Positions 23,003 through 35,039 of a stretch of 64,000 nt of DNA are shown here, one piece after another (the stretch's first letter is position 1; every line of letters begins with the position of its first letter). Source of the stretch: Hyaloraphidium curvatum SAG 235-1 (taxonomy: Eukaryota; Fungi; Monoblepharomycota); the NCBI GenBank assembly GCA_025558095.1, contig JAIVFI010000028.1, positions 434,001 through 498,000 of the forward strand, written 5' to 3'. The position numbers were made by a program, and so were the translations under genes. Under the pieces are notes generated by a model that worked only from the letters and a program-made list of their open reading frames with translations, did no database searches and was not told the origin of the DNA.

Positions 23003-23927
23003 TCAGGCCTGCACCGCGGGCGCCATGAAGCACAGGGCCTGGTTGCCCCGCGCCGCGGGCGCCGCGAGGCCGTAGCCGCAGAAGGCCTGCCGGGGGGCGC
23101 CCGAAATGCCGAAGCCGCAGAAAGCCTGCTTCGAGTCCGCGGGCTTGGGCTCCCCGCGGCCGGCGGCCCTGATGGGGCTGCAGAGGGCCACGCCGGTCGC
23201 GGCAGCCTGGTTGCTGAACGCAAAACAGGGCACGCATCCGGCCTTTTCGGCCTTGTAGAGACAGAGCGCCTTGCCGGAGTCCGCGGCCTTCGGTTGGAGG
23301 CAGAGCGCCATGCCCGCCTGCTCGGGCTTGGAAACCGAGAAGATGCAGATCGGCGCCCGGCCAGACGGCTCGGAGGGCCCGTCATTGTCCTCGGCCTTGT
23401 AAAGGCAGGGAGCGCACTCGGCGTCGGCCTCCTCGGGCAACTCTCCGCCCCACATGGCATGCGGCTCAGCGCCGAAGCGCTCCCGGTAGGCCGCGAGGCC
23501 GGCGGAGTAGCCATTCTTCATGGCCTCGCGCTGCTCTGCGGGGGTGTCCTCAGGGTCGGCCGGGATGTGGTGGAGGAAGGAGCCGGGCCCGAGGAGGGCG
23601 GCCGAGAAGGCGGCGTAGTCGATCGTGTGCAGGATGTGGGCGTGCCTGTCAAGAAGGAGGTTAGCGGGCAATCGGAGCAGGTCGATGCGAAGAAGCTAAC
23701 CAGATCTCGTCCACGTCGAGGCAGGGCGGCATCGGCACGCCCGCGGCCGCCAGCGTCGCGAACCGGCGGTACTCTGCCACCGCCGCGTCGACCCGCTCTT
23801 CGGTCCACTGCTTCTCCTTGAGCACGCGGCGCCGGACCTTGGACAGGTCGACGGCGGCGGCGGCGGGGTGCAGGCCCGAGGCGGCGAAGGGCGAGGGCTC
23901 GGAGGTGGTGAGGTTGAAGCAGAACAT
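23003..23927 (-). CDS. GRDP-like domain + Cys-motif tail, copy 2 (intron 23646-23700)
   Basis: MFCFNLTT..VDEIW|HAHILHTIDY. Tail motifs: PICIF, ALCLQ, ALCLY, GCVPCF, ALCSP, AFCGFG, AFCGYG, ALCFM. Confidence 0.9.
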
Positions 23928-24444
23928 TGTCGTCTGGTTCGGGGTTCGGAGAGTCGGTTGCTGTTTGGTTGCTGTCGAGTTCGATGGGGAGGCCAGGCCC
24001 GGTGAGCATCTACATATACGCGTCGCTCCGCCATGCGGATTTCGACGCGGGGCGCAGGGTTTCCGGGGAGACGTTCCGGGCGCGTGGCGGAGCGGGGCGG
24101 AGCGCTGTGCTCCTTCCGTCGAAACCCGTCCGGCGCGGCCACCCTCCCGCTTGCAATCGCAACGACATGCCTCTAAGCGGGGCATCAAATGAACGATTAG
24201 CACCTAAACGGCCTTGTTCGAGGGCCTTTGCTGAGGATTCAGACCGCATCGCCAGCAGACGGTGCCCTTGGCTGTGAACTCCATATGCCCGCGTCCTTTC
24301 AAGCCTCTAGTTGCCCACTTTACAGTGTTTCCCAGTCCCAGGAAGAAGATGAGCCGAAGATCATGAAGACCATAGTTCGCTCTGCCCGCCGCACACGCAC
24401 TCCTCTCTCCAATTCCGACCGCACGCGTGGCATCCCCGCGATCA

Positions 24445-26034
24445 TCAGTCTCCCCGCCAGAAATCGAGCTGGCGTTGCACCGGCCTCCGGATGTCGGGCC
24501 ATTGGAAGCGGTCGGCGTAGTATAGTCTGACCCAATTGCCCCCCCAGTAGTTGCTCCCCTCGGGCGACATGATAGTCGGGTACCACGCCCGGCTCCCATC
24601 CATGCTGCCTGTGAGGGTGCGCACGGATTCCCAGTAGATCCCGTCGTCCGACGCCGAGATGTGCAGGCGGTTGTCCCCTGCGCGCATCAGGTTGAGCGAT
24701 GTACACCAGGGGACAAGCAGGCGCCGAAACCTACATCCGTTGAAGATGATGACCCATTTCTCGAGCAGGACGTTCCAGTGCAGCGAGGGGTTGGATCCGG
24801 GCACCCAATCCAGCCCCGGCGCGGGCACGTACGGCCCGTACAGCCCCGGCGAGTCGAAGCCGCCGCCGTTCCACTTGAACCAGGTGTGCGGGTATGCGTT
24901 CGGGTCGTACGAGACCGCGATGCCCATTTGGTGCTCGGCGAAGATCTGCAGAAGCAAAAAGGGGGGTCAACAACACCAGCACGTCCTTCAGCCATAGAAA
25001 GACGCACCATGAGCCACCTGTTGCTTCCCCGGTCCCATGCCACGATGTGGTTGCCCGTTCCGCCGAACATGGGGCGGTAATCCGGCGGCCGGGGCAACGG
25101 GGACGAGATGATCTGGCCATAGTCGTGCCACGTGATGCCCTGGTCCCACGAATGCACCAGGCCGATCGTCTTCCACGCCGGACCGCCCGCGGGGTGGCGC
25201 GGCCAGTACCCGTCTTCGGCGTGGTAGAAGGCCATGAAGTGCTGCGCGGGGCGCGTGGCGCGTCAGAAAGCGGATTAGGCAGCGGGAAGATGAGGCCCAC
25301 GTTTGGGTTGCCGTCGGTGGGGTGCCGGTGGACGGAAATGAGCCACTTTCCTCCGTTGTCAAAGCCGCGGTAGTCTCTGCGGCCCCCGAACTTGATCGAC
25401 GTTACTCTCAGCCCGATGTATGAAGGCATACCGGATGCTTACCCAAATGTAAGGATAAGGAGTGTAAGGCACCTGGTAGCCGGACGAGTCGAGCCAACGG
25501 TCGGTTGACACGGTGCGATAGTTCTCGCAGTTGGACCCTGGGAGGGGGTCAGACCGGGTCGCCATGCGATGCAGATACGACAAAACACGAACAGAAGGTG
25601 ATCCAGCCGCCGTCGCCTGGGATGATGGTCAGGTGCGCGTCCGGGAAGACGTGGTATGCCGGGTTCTGCTTCGTGTTCTGTCACGCGGAAGGCGGGATCC
25701 CCGGTCAGTCCCCGCCCCGCATCGCACCCAAATGCACCAGATCCACGAGATCCGGGGCCACGATGCCCACCGGCACGTCGTAGGCGCCTCCGAGCGAGAA
25801 TCCCCAGTTGCGCGACGGGGCGCGGCGGTACCGGCGGTAGGGCGAGTGCGCGAAAGACAAGTTTCCCTCCGGAACGTCGTTGTCGTGCTCCATGCCCGCC
25901 GTGATCGCGGACTGCTGCCCGAAAGAGCGGCCGAAGAGCGAGAGGGCGGCGGCGCGCGGAGCGGCCAGGAGGGCGAGCGCCACCGCGAGGAGCGCGCCGC
26001 GCCGCCGGCCGGGCGCGGAGGACACGGAGGCCAT
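24445..26034 (-). CDS. Secreted beta-propeller protein with Asp-boxes (glycoside-hydrolase-like; multi-intron)
   Basis: Signal peptide (RRRGALLAVALALLAAPRAAA), FYHAED, Asp-boxes SWDQGITW and SDDGIYW, TWFKW, NPSLHWN and WYPTI. Confidence 0.7.
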
Positions 26035-26584
26035 CGCGGGGGAGTTCTCTGGCACGGGCAGGGGGCGCGCACGCCGGAATGGAATCGGCGAGTCGACAAG
26101 CGAGTTGGTGCGCAAGGGCGATCCCCTCCCGGGCATCGGCGGCTGGGTGATCGTTGGCGTTGCGCATCCTTTTCGGCTGTGGGACTCTGCGCGGCAAGAC
26201 GCCCGCTGGAGCCCGCAATTGGCCTCGCGGTTCTCAGAGTCGGCGGAGGGCCGCAAGCACCCGTCCGTGCGCGGCGAGGGAGGGCTTGCGGAGCAACCGG
26301 CTCCTCCGACCCGCTGTCATGGCGCACCCGGCCCGGACCTCGATGTAATGCCTGACATACACAGAGACCTCCCCGGCCCCACCCTAAGAGCCAACGGCAC
26401 TTTGCAGCATCGTAACTTTACTTTCCGCTGGTTTCCGGGGCTCCTTTCGCGGGATTCGCCCCACCACGCCGCCATCCCGGAACCCGGTTTCCCCGACGCA
26501 AAACTCGCTCGATCGTCCGGATCTTCAGCTACTGTCACGGACGGTGGAAGGGAGCATCCGATGTCAATCGATCCGCTTCACAAC

Positions 26585-27643
26585 TCATGCCATGATGCCT
26601 GCGAGCACTGCCGCCGCCAGCGCGGCCCATCCCCCCACCGTCGCCCTTCCCGCCCCCGCGGGCCTGGTAGTCACCACCTTCTTCCCCCACAGCTTGGCCA
26701 TCCGCTCCACCAGGAACGCGACGCTCCCGTTGACGTCGTTGTGGATCTCCCTCTCCCGCGGCATCCCCATGGGCACCGAGATGAAGGCGGAATGCACGTC
26801 GCCCCAGACCTTCCTCGACGCATTCTGCGGGATCGCGCCGTCCGGCTGCAAGCAAAGCTGGCTCGCAAGCGGGACCGACCCGTCGTGCACGAGGTAGCCG
26901 GCCCCGCCGAGCGCGTCCCCACCAAGCAGCGCGACGTCCACGCCCTGCAGCACGCCCGCCTGCTTGGCGTTCCACCCTTGCGGGCCGTTCAGGAAGGTGG
27001 TAGTCAGGCTGGCCCCCGCCCCCTCGTCCGGCTGACCCTTCAGGCCAACTGTGAGGTTGAACCCCTGCTCACCCACGAGGGCAACCACCTGTTCGTCGGT
27101 GAGCAGGCCGGCGACCCAATCGTAGGACCAGGAGCCCTGGTGCGGGGTGACGAGGGTGGTTACCGACGCCACGCGGAGGCCGGTGAGGTTGGCCTGCTGC
27201 CCCGATATGATGTCGGCCGCGGCGGCCCGCACAACCAGGCCCCCGTAGGAATAGCCGACCAAGTCGAACGTGTCCTTGCCGTGGTTGTCCCTCAGATAAC
27301 CCAGGAACCGCGCCAGCGTCGCACCGGCCTCGTCGACACCGGCCACGGAGTTGACCTCGAGGCTCTCCCCCAACGCCACGCAGTCCGCCGCCGGCACGGG
27401 GGCTGTCGAGTTCCTCCCCTTCCGCGCGGGGGCGACATAAGCACCCAGGCCCGCCCGGGCCAAGCTGGAGCGGATCGTGTCGAAGGACGAGGAGCTGCAG
27501 GAGGTCGGGGTCGAGAAGGCGTGGCTGCCGGCCCCGCCGCCGACGAGCACGATGGCGCGGCGGGAGGTGTCGGGCGCCGCGGCGGCGAGGGCTGCCAGAA
27601 AGAGGAGGAGGAAAGCGGGCAGCTGCAGAGCCCGCGGAGGCAT
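26585..27643 (-). CDS. Secreted alpha/beta-hydrolase (lipase-like) with C-terminal hydrophobic/GPI-like tail
   Basis: Signal peptide, nucleophile elbow LVGYSYGG, TLVTPHQGS, HDGSVPLAS and a late His (DVHS). Confidence 0.85.
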   Translation of the reverse strand: MPPRALQLPAFLLLFLAALAAAAPDTSRRAIVLVGGGAGSHAFSTPTSCSSSSFDTIRSSLARAGLGAYVAPARKGRNSTAPVPAADCVALGESLEVNSVAGVDEAGATLARFLGYLRDNHGKDTFDLVGYSYGGLVVRAAAADIISGQQANLTGLRVASVTTLVTPHQGSWSYDWVAGLLTDEQVVALVGEQGFNLTVGLKGQPDEGAGASLTTTFLNGPQGWNAKQAGVLQGVDVALLGGDALGGAGYLVHDGSVPLASQLCLQPDGAIPQNASRKVWGDVHSAFISVPMGMPREREIHNDVNGSVAFLVERMAKLWGKKVVTTRPAGAGRATVGGWAALAAAVLAGIMA

Positions 27644-28105
27644 AGTGGAGGTCGAGTTTGTGGAGGAGTGAGGGACGTGAGAGGGATCTCGAAGGGATGG
27701 AGATGCCGCCGTGGCCGTTCCCAAAGCCCTCAAAGCAGTTCGGCTCAAATTCGGTCAATGGCGTCGACAATGTCAGCCGGGCATTCCTCTGCAACGCAAC
27801 GGCGTGGTGATCCCCCCCGGATGTCCATTCGCGTTGGCTCCGCCGGACTGAGTCTGCTCCGAGCCTGCTCTCGTCCAGCCCAGCGCCCTCTGAAAGCCGT
27901 CTCTACCGGTCTGCCCAGTCAAAGATGACCTGGCTACCTCTGCTATTTCAGATGAACCATTTCGGCCCCTGGAATAGATCAGTGGGCAACTTAGGCCAAG
28001 ATCACCTGCGTGGCTGACCCTTAGATCGAAACTCTGCTCTTCCGCCGCGCTTGTGCCGAAACGGTCTTGGCGCCAGTGCTCGCGTAGGCTTGGAGCACGG
28101 ACGGC

Positions 28106-29611
28106 ATGTCGCCACGGGAAGTTGCCCCGGAGGCAACGGCTCTGTCGCCGGAGGAATGGCTGGTCCTGTTCCCCGCCGGGATGTCTCCCTCCCCCTCGCG
28201 CCCGGTTGCGGAGCCGCCGCCCGACCCTGCTGCCGCCCGGCGCGCCGAGGATCCGCTCACGCTGGCAGCCGCCCGTGAAGCTTTTGCCTCCGCCGGCTTG
28301 CGGTGGACAGCCCGCCTGGTGCGCTTCCACGAGCGGCTGCCGTGGGTGAGGAGCTTCACCTGGTTCTTCTACCTCGTGGCCTTGGGAATCGCACCTGCCC
28401 TGGCCTGGACCGGGCTGCACGCGACAGAGAGTCCTTATGCGAGCCAGGCCACCGTTGCCGGACTTGCCGTTGCGCTGCTGGTGGCTTGGGAGAGCATGGT
28501 CTGCTTGTGTTGGGACTACTTGGCGAAGAACGGCCTGAGAAGGCCGAAACCTTTCCGTCCGTATGACAAGCTGGCTCTAGCGAGTGCGGTGAGGTGGCTG
28601 CAGCTTCGCAGCGACGTTAGCGGCAAGGCCGGGGAGTCGTCGGAAACGCCGGTTTCTGTGCTGCTGCTGCACGACGACGCCGACGCCATGTGTTCGTGCC
28701 CGCGTGGGCAGTGCGGGGGTGGACAGCTGAGGCGGGATGCCTACATCCGTTTCTTTGACTTCTGGGCCGATGTGCTCCGCACCGCCGTGGTCACTCTTCT
28801 TTTGCTTTGGACTCCCATGGTCTCCCTTGCGGGCAAAGGTTTCTGGCACTCCTGGGGCGTGACTGGTGCCATTTTTGCTCTTATCTGGACGACCCTCTTT
28901 TATCCTCTGATGGTTTCCGTGCGCGAGTACACCGTCCACACAGAAGCCAGCGCCAACATCGTGCGGAGGAATCTCCACAGGGCGCTCTCCGCATCCTTGC
29001 GCTCCTTCTTGCGGCGCTACAGGGAGTTTCTCTCGAAGTATTTGGGGGAGAATCCCGCAACAGCATCCTCGGTCGAACTGCACGCGCGCATCCTCGCCCT
29101 GCTCGAGTATGCATGGGCCTCCCAGCTGGGTTACCTGCCCCTCTACCGCCGACTCTTGGTCACATGCATCATCGCCAACCTGGTCGCCTTTATCGTGAAC
29201 CTGGCGGTCGGCCCGTGTATCACGGCATTCCAGATCGCGGACGTCGCCGGCATCATCTTCGTGGTCGCGCGGGAGCTCCTCATCACCGCGGCATATAACT
29301 CCCAGGTCGAGGATGTAGCGTCGCTGTGCGCCTCTGCCGCCGCCGCCGCCCGCAGCCTCCTCACCGAGCACGCCGGCGGCTCCCCCGACCCGCAGGCATT
29401 CGCCGCGCTCCGGGCGCACGAGCATCTCCTCGCCGGCGCCGCGGCGTCGGCGCTGGAGCGCCGCGTCAGGTTCCTAGGGCAGCCGATCGGGTTCGGGACC
29501 GCGAGGGGGCTGGCCATTACGGGGATCACGATCATATTCGCGGCGGTGGGAGCGATGAGGGGGTTCGGGGTGCGCGTGGTGCTCGGGACCGTCTGCACGC
29601 CGGGTCAGTAG
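28106..29611 (+). CDS. Multi-pass membrane protein, possible 7TMIC/gustatory-receptor-like (DUF3537-like); paralog A
   Basis: About 7 hydrophobic segments, a Cys loop HDDADAMCSCPRGQC, and C-terminal RFLGQPIGFGTARGLAITGITIIF. Paralog at 33342. Confidence 0.75.
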   Translation: MSPREVAPEATALSPEEWLVLFPAGMSPSPSRPVAEPPPDPAAARRAEDPLTLAAAREAFASAGLRWTARLVRFHERLPWVRSFTWFFYLVALGIAPALAWTGLHATESPYASQATVAGLAVALLVAWESMVCLCWDYLAKNGLRRPKPFRPYDKLALASAVRWLQLRSDVSGKAGESSETPVSVLLLHDDADAMCSCPRGQCGGGQLRRDAYIRFFDFWADVLRTAVVTLLLLWTPMVSLAGKGFWHSWGVTGAIFALIWTTLFYPLMVSVREYTVHTEASANIVRRNLHRALSASLRSFLRRYREFLSKYLGENPATASSVELHARILALLEYAWASQLGYLPLYRRLLVTCIIANLVAFIVNLAVGPCITAFQIADVAGIIFVVARELLITAAYNSQVEDVASLCASAAAAARSLLTEHAGGSPDPQAFAALRAHEHLLAGAAASALERRVRFLGQPIGFGTARGLAITGITIIFAAVGAMRGFGVRVVLGTVCTPGQ

Positions 29612-29992
29612 GAGGGATGTCATTCATTCCCCGTTGAACATCGTCCAATAATAGAAGAGGCAATGCACTCCGAGGCATTCCTGCCATTTTTGGTGCCGAT
29701 CGGCCGGCGAGAAGTTATGGCTTGCCGATCAGATCAGGAACGGGGGTTGCACAGCACTGCGCCGCGCTCCGCCACGCGTCCCAAAGAACGATCGCCGCGC
29801 CCCGGCGGGGATACCCCTATTCTGGGACGATCCCCGCGCCACCGTAGAAGATTCTATCGGCGGAGCGGATTCCTGCGCGCTCCGGTGCTCCGTTCCGCTC
29901 GGCTATAAAGGCGTTGGGTGCCGGCGACCAGACCTCGCAACCAGCACGAGCAGACTTTGACCTAACCAACGCACTCGTCAATTCTCCAACCC

Positions 29993-30702
29993 ATGATGGC
30001 CACCATTTCCGCCGACTTCACCATCTCCGGCCTCCACCCCGCCGCGGCCGCCGTCGACCTCGCCAAGGTCCGCCGCCGCGTTCTCAAAGAGAAGCCGGAT
30101 TGGACCGAAGCCCGTGCCGACACCGCCGTCACCGAGTACCGCCGGTTCGCGACACTCGCGGCCGCGGGCGTGCCGATGCCGCCCTGCCGCGACGTGGACG
30201 AGATCTGGTGCGTTGCATCGCAGCACTTGGCATTCGATCGCTCCTCACCTCGAAGTGTGACAGGCACGCCCACATCCTCCACACGATCGACTACGCCGCC
30301 TTCTCGGCCGCCCTCCTCGGCCCCGGCTCCTTCCTGCACCACGTCCCGGCCGACCCGGAGGACACCCGTGCGGAGCAGCGCGAGGCCATGAAGAGCGGCT
30401 ACGCCGCCGGGCTCGCGGCGTACAAAGAGCGGTTCGGCAGCGAGCCGCACGCCATGTGGGGCGGGGAGCTGCCCGAGGAGGCCGACGCCGAGTGCGCGCC
30501 GTGCCTTTACAAGGCCGACGATTGCAAGGCCGATGATGAGGGTGCCACGGATGATAACCGCTGGCGATGCCTGGTCTGCGTCGCCAAACCCGCCAACCGG
30601 TCAGAGCCGGCTTTCTGTGGCTACAGGGCCCTGGATGCCGTCCCCACGGGGAAGCAGGGCGGTGCGGGAAAGGCGGCCGTTGCCAGGGTTCAGCAGGCCT
30701 GA
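29993..30702 (+). CDS. GRDP-like domain + short Cys tail, copy 3 (intron 30208-30263)
   Basis: Same domain and intron position as the other copies. Tail CAPC..DDC..WRCLVC..AFCGY. TATAAA at ~29905. Confidence 0.9.
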
Positions 30703-31008
30703 ACTTTGATGTAGTGCATTCACATTTCTGTCTCGTTGTCGAATCATCCATTCACGCCCAACATCGAAGGCCCATGGATGATTTAGCTTCGTGAGCGGCA
30801 AGAAGGACAGCAATCGGTCTGACACTGGTCACATTGGTCCAGTGAAGATGAGTCTTTCATCCTGTGCATCGGACAAGCAGCTGTAAGTCCGCATGGCATG
30901 GTTGGGCGAGCGCTTTTGTGGGACAGACAGGACAGGCGATGACCAGCGATGACCCGCCCGCACATTTCATCGTTCGGAAAGCTCCACGCGCTTTACCCAC
31001 CCGGAGAA

Positions 31009-31967
31009 ATGCCGTCGTTCGACGCGCTGACCGCCATCTCCCTCGAATCGCGCACCGACGCTGGCGCCGCGTTCCTCGCCTCCGTCGACCCCGCGTGGGC
31101 GCGCGGGCCGGGGCTCCCCGCGGCGGGGTCCCTCGCGAACGCGCTGCTCATCCGCGCCGCGTGCGAGACCCTCGGCCCGTCGTACCGGCCCGTCTCGCTG
31201 CTCGTGGACTACCTGGCGCCGATGCGGCTCGGGGCTCGGGTGCGCATCGCTGTGGAGGTCGCCAGGAAGGGGGCGACGATGGCGCATCTGAGCGCGAGGA
31301 TCAGCCCGGCGGAGGGCGGGGCGCCGCTCGTCCTCGCGCTCGCCGTGTTCGGCCGCGACTCGGCCAGCGCCGCCGAGATGGAGCGCGCGCAGCGCAGCCT
31401 GTATCGGGCACCGGCCGTCCCTCCGCCCCCCGACGCGGGCGGCTTCCACAGCGGGGCCGAGGGACAGTACCGCAGCATGTTCCGGACCGTCGAATGCGAG
31501 CCGGACGCGTCGATGCTGGATTCCCAGGGCCACCTCGTGCCCGGACCCGCGGCTTACTGGGTCAGATGGGGCCTGGACGAGAGCCCCGTGTCCTGGCCGA
31601 TGTTGGCGCTCATGGCGGACTTTGTGATGCCCACGCCGAAGCAAGTGGAGGAGTATTACATCGTCGGCGGCAACGGAGCAGGGGCCAAGCTGACTCCCGG
31701 TATGTCGATGCCTTGTTGATGGACCTTGTTGTGAACTGGTATCCGACTCGGCATCATTCAACAGCAACGGCCTCGTCTTCCGTGAACTTCATCCGACTGC
31801 CGAAAGGACCGTGGTTGCGCAGCTCGTACAACGTCGCGCTCAGGTCGTCGGATGTGATCCTCGAGTTCATGTGCGTGATGGTCGAGTTCCTGCCGGTGGC
31901 GATCACTGATGCCGACCGGCCTCCTTCACCAGCTGGTGGGACGAGCAAGGCGGTCCACCATGCGTGA
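31009..31967 (+). CDS. Double hotdog-fold thioesterase family protein (one intron ~31700-31764)
   Basis: VDPAWARG..AAGSLA..., PVSLLVDYLAP, VARKGATMAH, LALMADF, STAT..SVNF and GPWLR. Confidence 0.75.
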
Positions 31968-32304
31968 TGGGCAGGCAGACGTCGGTGCTCGCGGGATTTC
32001 AGTCCAAGGTTTAGTGTCGTAGACGGCTGCCACCGGCCCGGCAAGGTTTTGGTGCCGTCAAGGCCAACGGACATCGTAGACTCGAGGCGCGAAAGTGTCC
32101 GCACAGAAGTTCGCCATGGGACAGAAAATTGCATCATTCGCCCGTCTGAGCGGCCCGAAGGCGATGATCACGGCGAACGACTATCGTGGTCGAGTGGCTT
32201 GCCGGGTGGTCCACCCCACTCGACTGCCACGTCTCCCGAACAACAACTCACCAGCTGCGTTCAACCGACAGCCCGAGCAGCCCACTCTCCCCCAGCTACG
32301 AAAA

Positions 32305-33134
32305 ATGACGTCCATCGCTTCCATCGAGGACCTCACGCGTGGGGCAACTCCCTCCGCGCGCGCCGCCTCGCCCCCAAGCGTCCCCGCAGGGGCGCCCCCC
32401 CACGCTTCCGTTTTGGGGAGTTCCCGCCCGAGGTCGCCCGCGAGGTGCTCAAGTTCGCCGAGCCGCCCGAGCTGCTCGCCTGCGCGCGCGTCTCGAAGAA
32501 GCTGCGGGCGATGGTGCTCGACAAGGGCTTCTGGGACTTCTGGCTGGCCGCCCCGCCGACGCCGGACCGCCGCCTCGCGTGGGACGCCGCCAAACCGCTC
32601 GCAGCCGAGATGCTCGCCATCGAGCCTCACCTGCGCGTGCCCGTGGTGCTGCACCAGCACGCCTCCAAGGGCTGCACCTTCTGCGGCACGCAGCGGGTGC
32701 GCAAGGTCTACGCCCCCTGGGGATGGCGATGCTGCGGCCCGTGCAAGATGGCCCGCACCGTCGCCGAGTGGGAGCTGCCCCACGGGCTGGGCAAGGCGCA
32801 GCTCGCCGCCGCGTACCCGGCCGGCTGGGGGGAGAGGTACTCGCGGTATAACAGGCAGCGGGTCAGGTTCGACGTGTGGAGCAAAACAGACGTGGAGAGG
32901 GCGGCGAGGCGGCTGTGGAAGGTCGGGGAGGGGGAGGATCTCGTGGACAAGGCGGAGACAGGAAACGCGGCCCGCAAGGAGCTCGTGAGGGCCAAGCTGG
33001 TGGCCAGGAAGAAGTTGTCGATCAGGAAGAAGGCGGAGAAGGCGGTGTTTGCGGCGCTGGGCAGGCTGCCGCTCGACGCGGGTGAGGACGAGGTGGAAAA
33101 GTGCGTCGACGAGGTGATCGGCTCGCTGGTCTGA
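32305..33134 (+). CDS. F-box protein with Cys-rich zinc-ribbon (5' structure uncertain)
   Basis: EFPPEVAREVLKFAEPPELLACARVSKKLR, followed by GCTFC...RCCGPC. Confidence 0.7.
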
Positions 33135-33341
33135 AGGCATCGTGGACCGATCCCGTTCTTTGAGCCATGTACGGCGATTTGCATGCTGGTGCTATGCAGT
33201 CTGGAGAGGGCTCGATCTGCGGCACGGCACCACGGACGACCCGGTTTAGGATGACCAGCCTTGGGGCTCGGACGCCCCGCGATCGCAGTGCAGTGTTTGC
33301 GCGTGTCCCCCACGACCACTCACCGAATATCTCGAGCCAAG

Positions 33342-34925
33342 ATGCCGCCGTCGAACGAAGACGACGCAGAAAAGGCGACCTTTGCGCCGGAGGGCGCCAC
33401 AGGGGCAGCGGACTTCCCCATTTCCGCCGCCGAGTACCTCGCGGCCGTCCCGCATTTTCCCGCGCTGCCGCCGTCGCTGAGGGGCGCCGCGCCGCCCGCC
33501 GACCGCGCCGCGGAACTGCGCGACGCGCGCCCGCTGGACAGCCGCGCGCTCCTCGACGGCCTGTCCGCCGCGCCGGCGCTGCGCTGGATCACCGTCGCGC
33601 AGCTCCGCGTGGCCCCGTTCGCCGCCCTCGCGCGCGAGCGCACCGTGGCATTCATCGCCACCGGGATCGTGGTCAACTCTCTCCCGTGGGCATTCGGGAG
33701 GGACCGCTTCGGCACCAAGCAGCTGGCGGTGGGCTACGCGACGTGGATCGCGCTCTGGCTGTGCCTGGGGATCGTGAACCCGCTGACGGCCGGGTTCCGG
33801 CGGGGCCTGGGGCTGAAGGGGCAATCGTCGGCCTCGAGGCCGAGCCTGGACGCCTCGCCGCTGGCGGGGTTGGTGCGTTGGAATCAACTCGTTGCCGACG
33901 GCGGCACCTCCCGACTCCTCCGGCACGACCCCGACGACAAGCTTTGCCCGTGCGCGCTCCCCGGTTGTTCCGGAGGCCTGTTGCGCGAGATAACGATCCT
34001 CCGGCTGCTGGAGTTTGCGTTCAAACTGACAACCGTACTGACGGTCTTCTTGTGCGGTTTCTGGACGCCCACCGTGACCCTGGCATCCGTCGTTTGGACT
34101 TCGCCGTGGGCCGCCACACTCGCTGCTCTCAATAGTGAGTTTCCCTACCCCTCGCGCTAGTCAGCCGCCTAACGATCCGGGAAGCATTTGTCCTGCTAGC
34201 GTACTCGTTTCCAAACGCCCTCTGCCGGTTCACAGGCAACGTCGGCATCTTCCGCCTCTCCGAGCGCGTATCTCACCGCGCGATGAAGCTGGCCCTCGAG
34301 GACCTGCTCCACCGGCTCTCGTCCGGCGCCGCGAATCCCTCAACCCCGATCTCGGACGAGCCCCACGCGCAGCTCCACGCGGTGTTCACCGCCGCGTGGC
34401 GCACCAGGGTCTCTGCTTTCCACACCTCCGGTAGCGTGCTGTTTGCGGCTGCAATCTGCGTGGTCATGGCCGGGATCAACATGGTGCGCGGCTTCCGCTC
34501 CCTCATCGGATCCTAACTGACACGTCCCTGTTTTCCAGATAAGTGGCTCCTGCGTGCCCTCGTTCTACATCGCCTACCTCCTCTACGTCCTCCTCTCCCT
34601 CTCCCTCTTCGACCTCCTCTCCCTCGCCGCCTCCAACGCCCAGGTGACCTCCCTCGTGGACCTGTACCTCGACGCGCGCCGCGAGATCCGCGAGCTCCCC
34701 CTCCCCGCCTCCCCCGCCCTCGCCGCGGACCTGCGGCGGCACGACGCCGCGCTGTCTTCGTACGCGGACGCGGCGCGGAGCAGGGGGCGGTTCCTCGGGT
34801 TCGCGGTGGACTACGGGGTGGTGAGGACGGTGTATGCCACGGCGCTGACGCTGGCGGTGGGGATTTGGAGCGTGCTGAGGGGGTTGGGGGTGGTGGCGAC
34901 GATGGACATCGCGTGCGGGGGGTGA
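33342..34925 (+). CDS. Multi-pass membrane protein, possible 7TMIC/DUF3537-like; paralog B (2 introns)
   Basis: HDPDDKLCPCALPGCSGG, FWTP, LAASNAQVTSL and RFLGFAVDYGVVRTVYATALTLAVGIWSVLRGLGV. Colinear with paralog A. Confidence 0.75.
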
Positions 34926-35039
34926 GCGGATGGTCCGGCCGGGGGGATCGGCTCGTTGCTCAACAGACATGTGCGAATCCCCCGGTCCGGGCATATTGCC
35001 GCGAACTTGTACACCTTGGAAGACTGGAAACAGTATATG

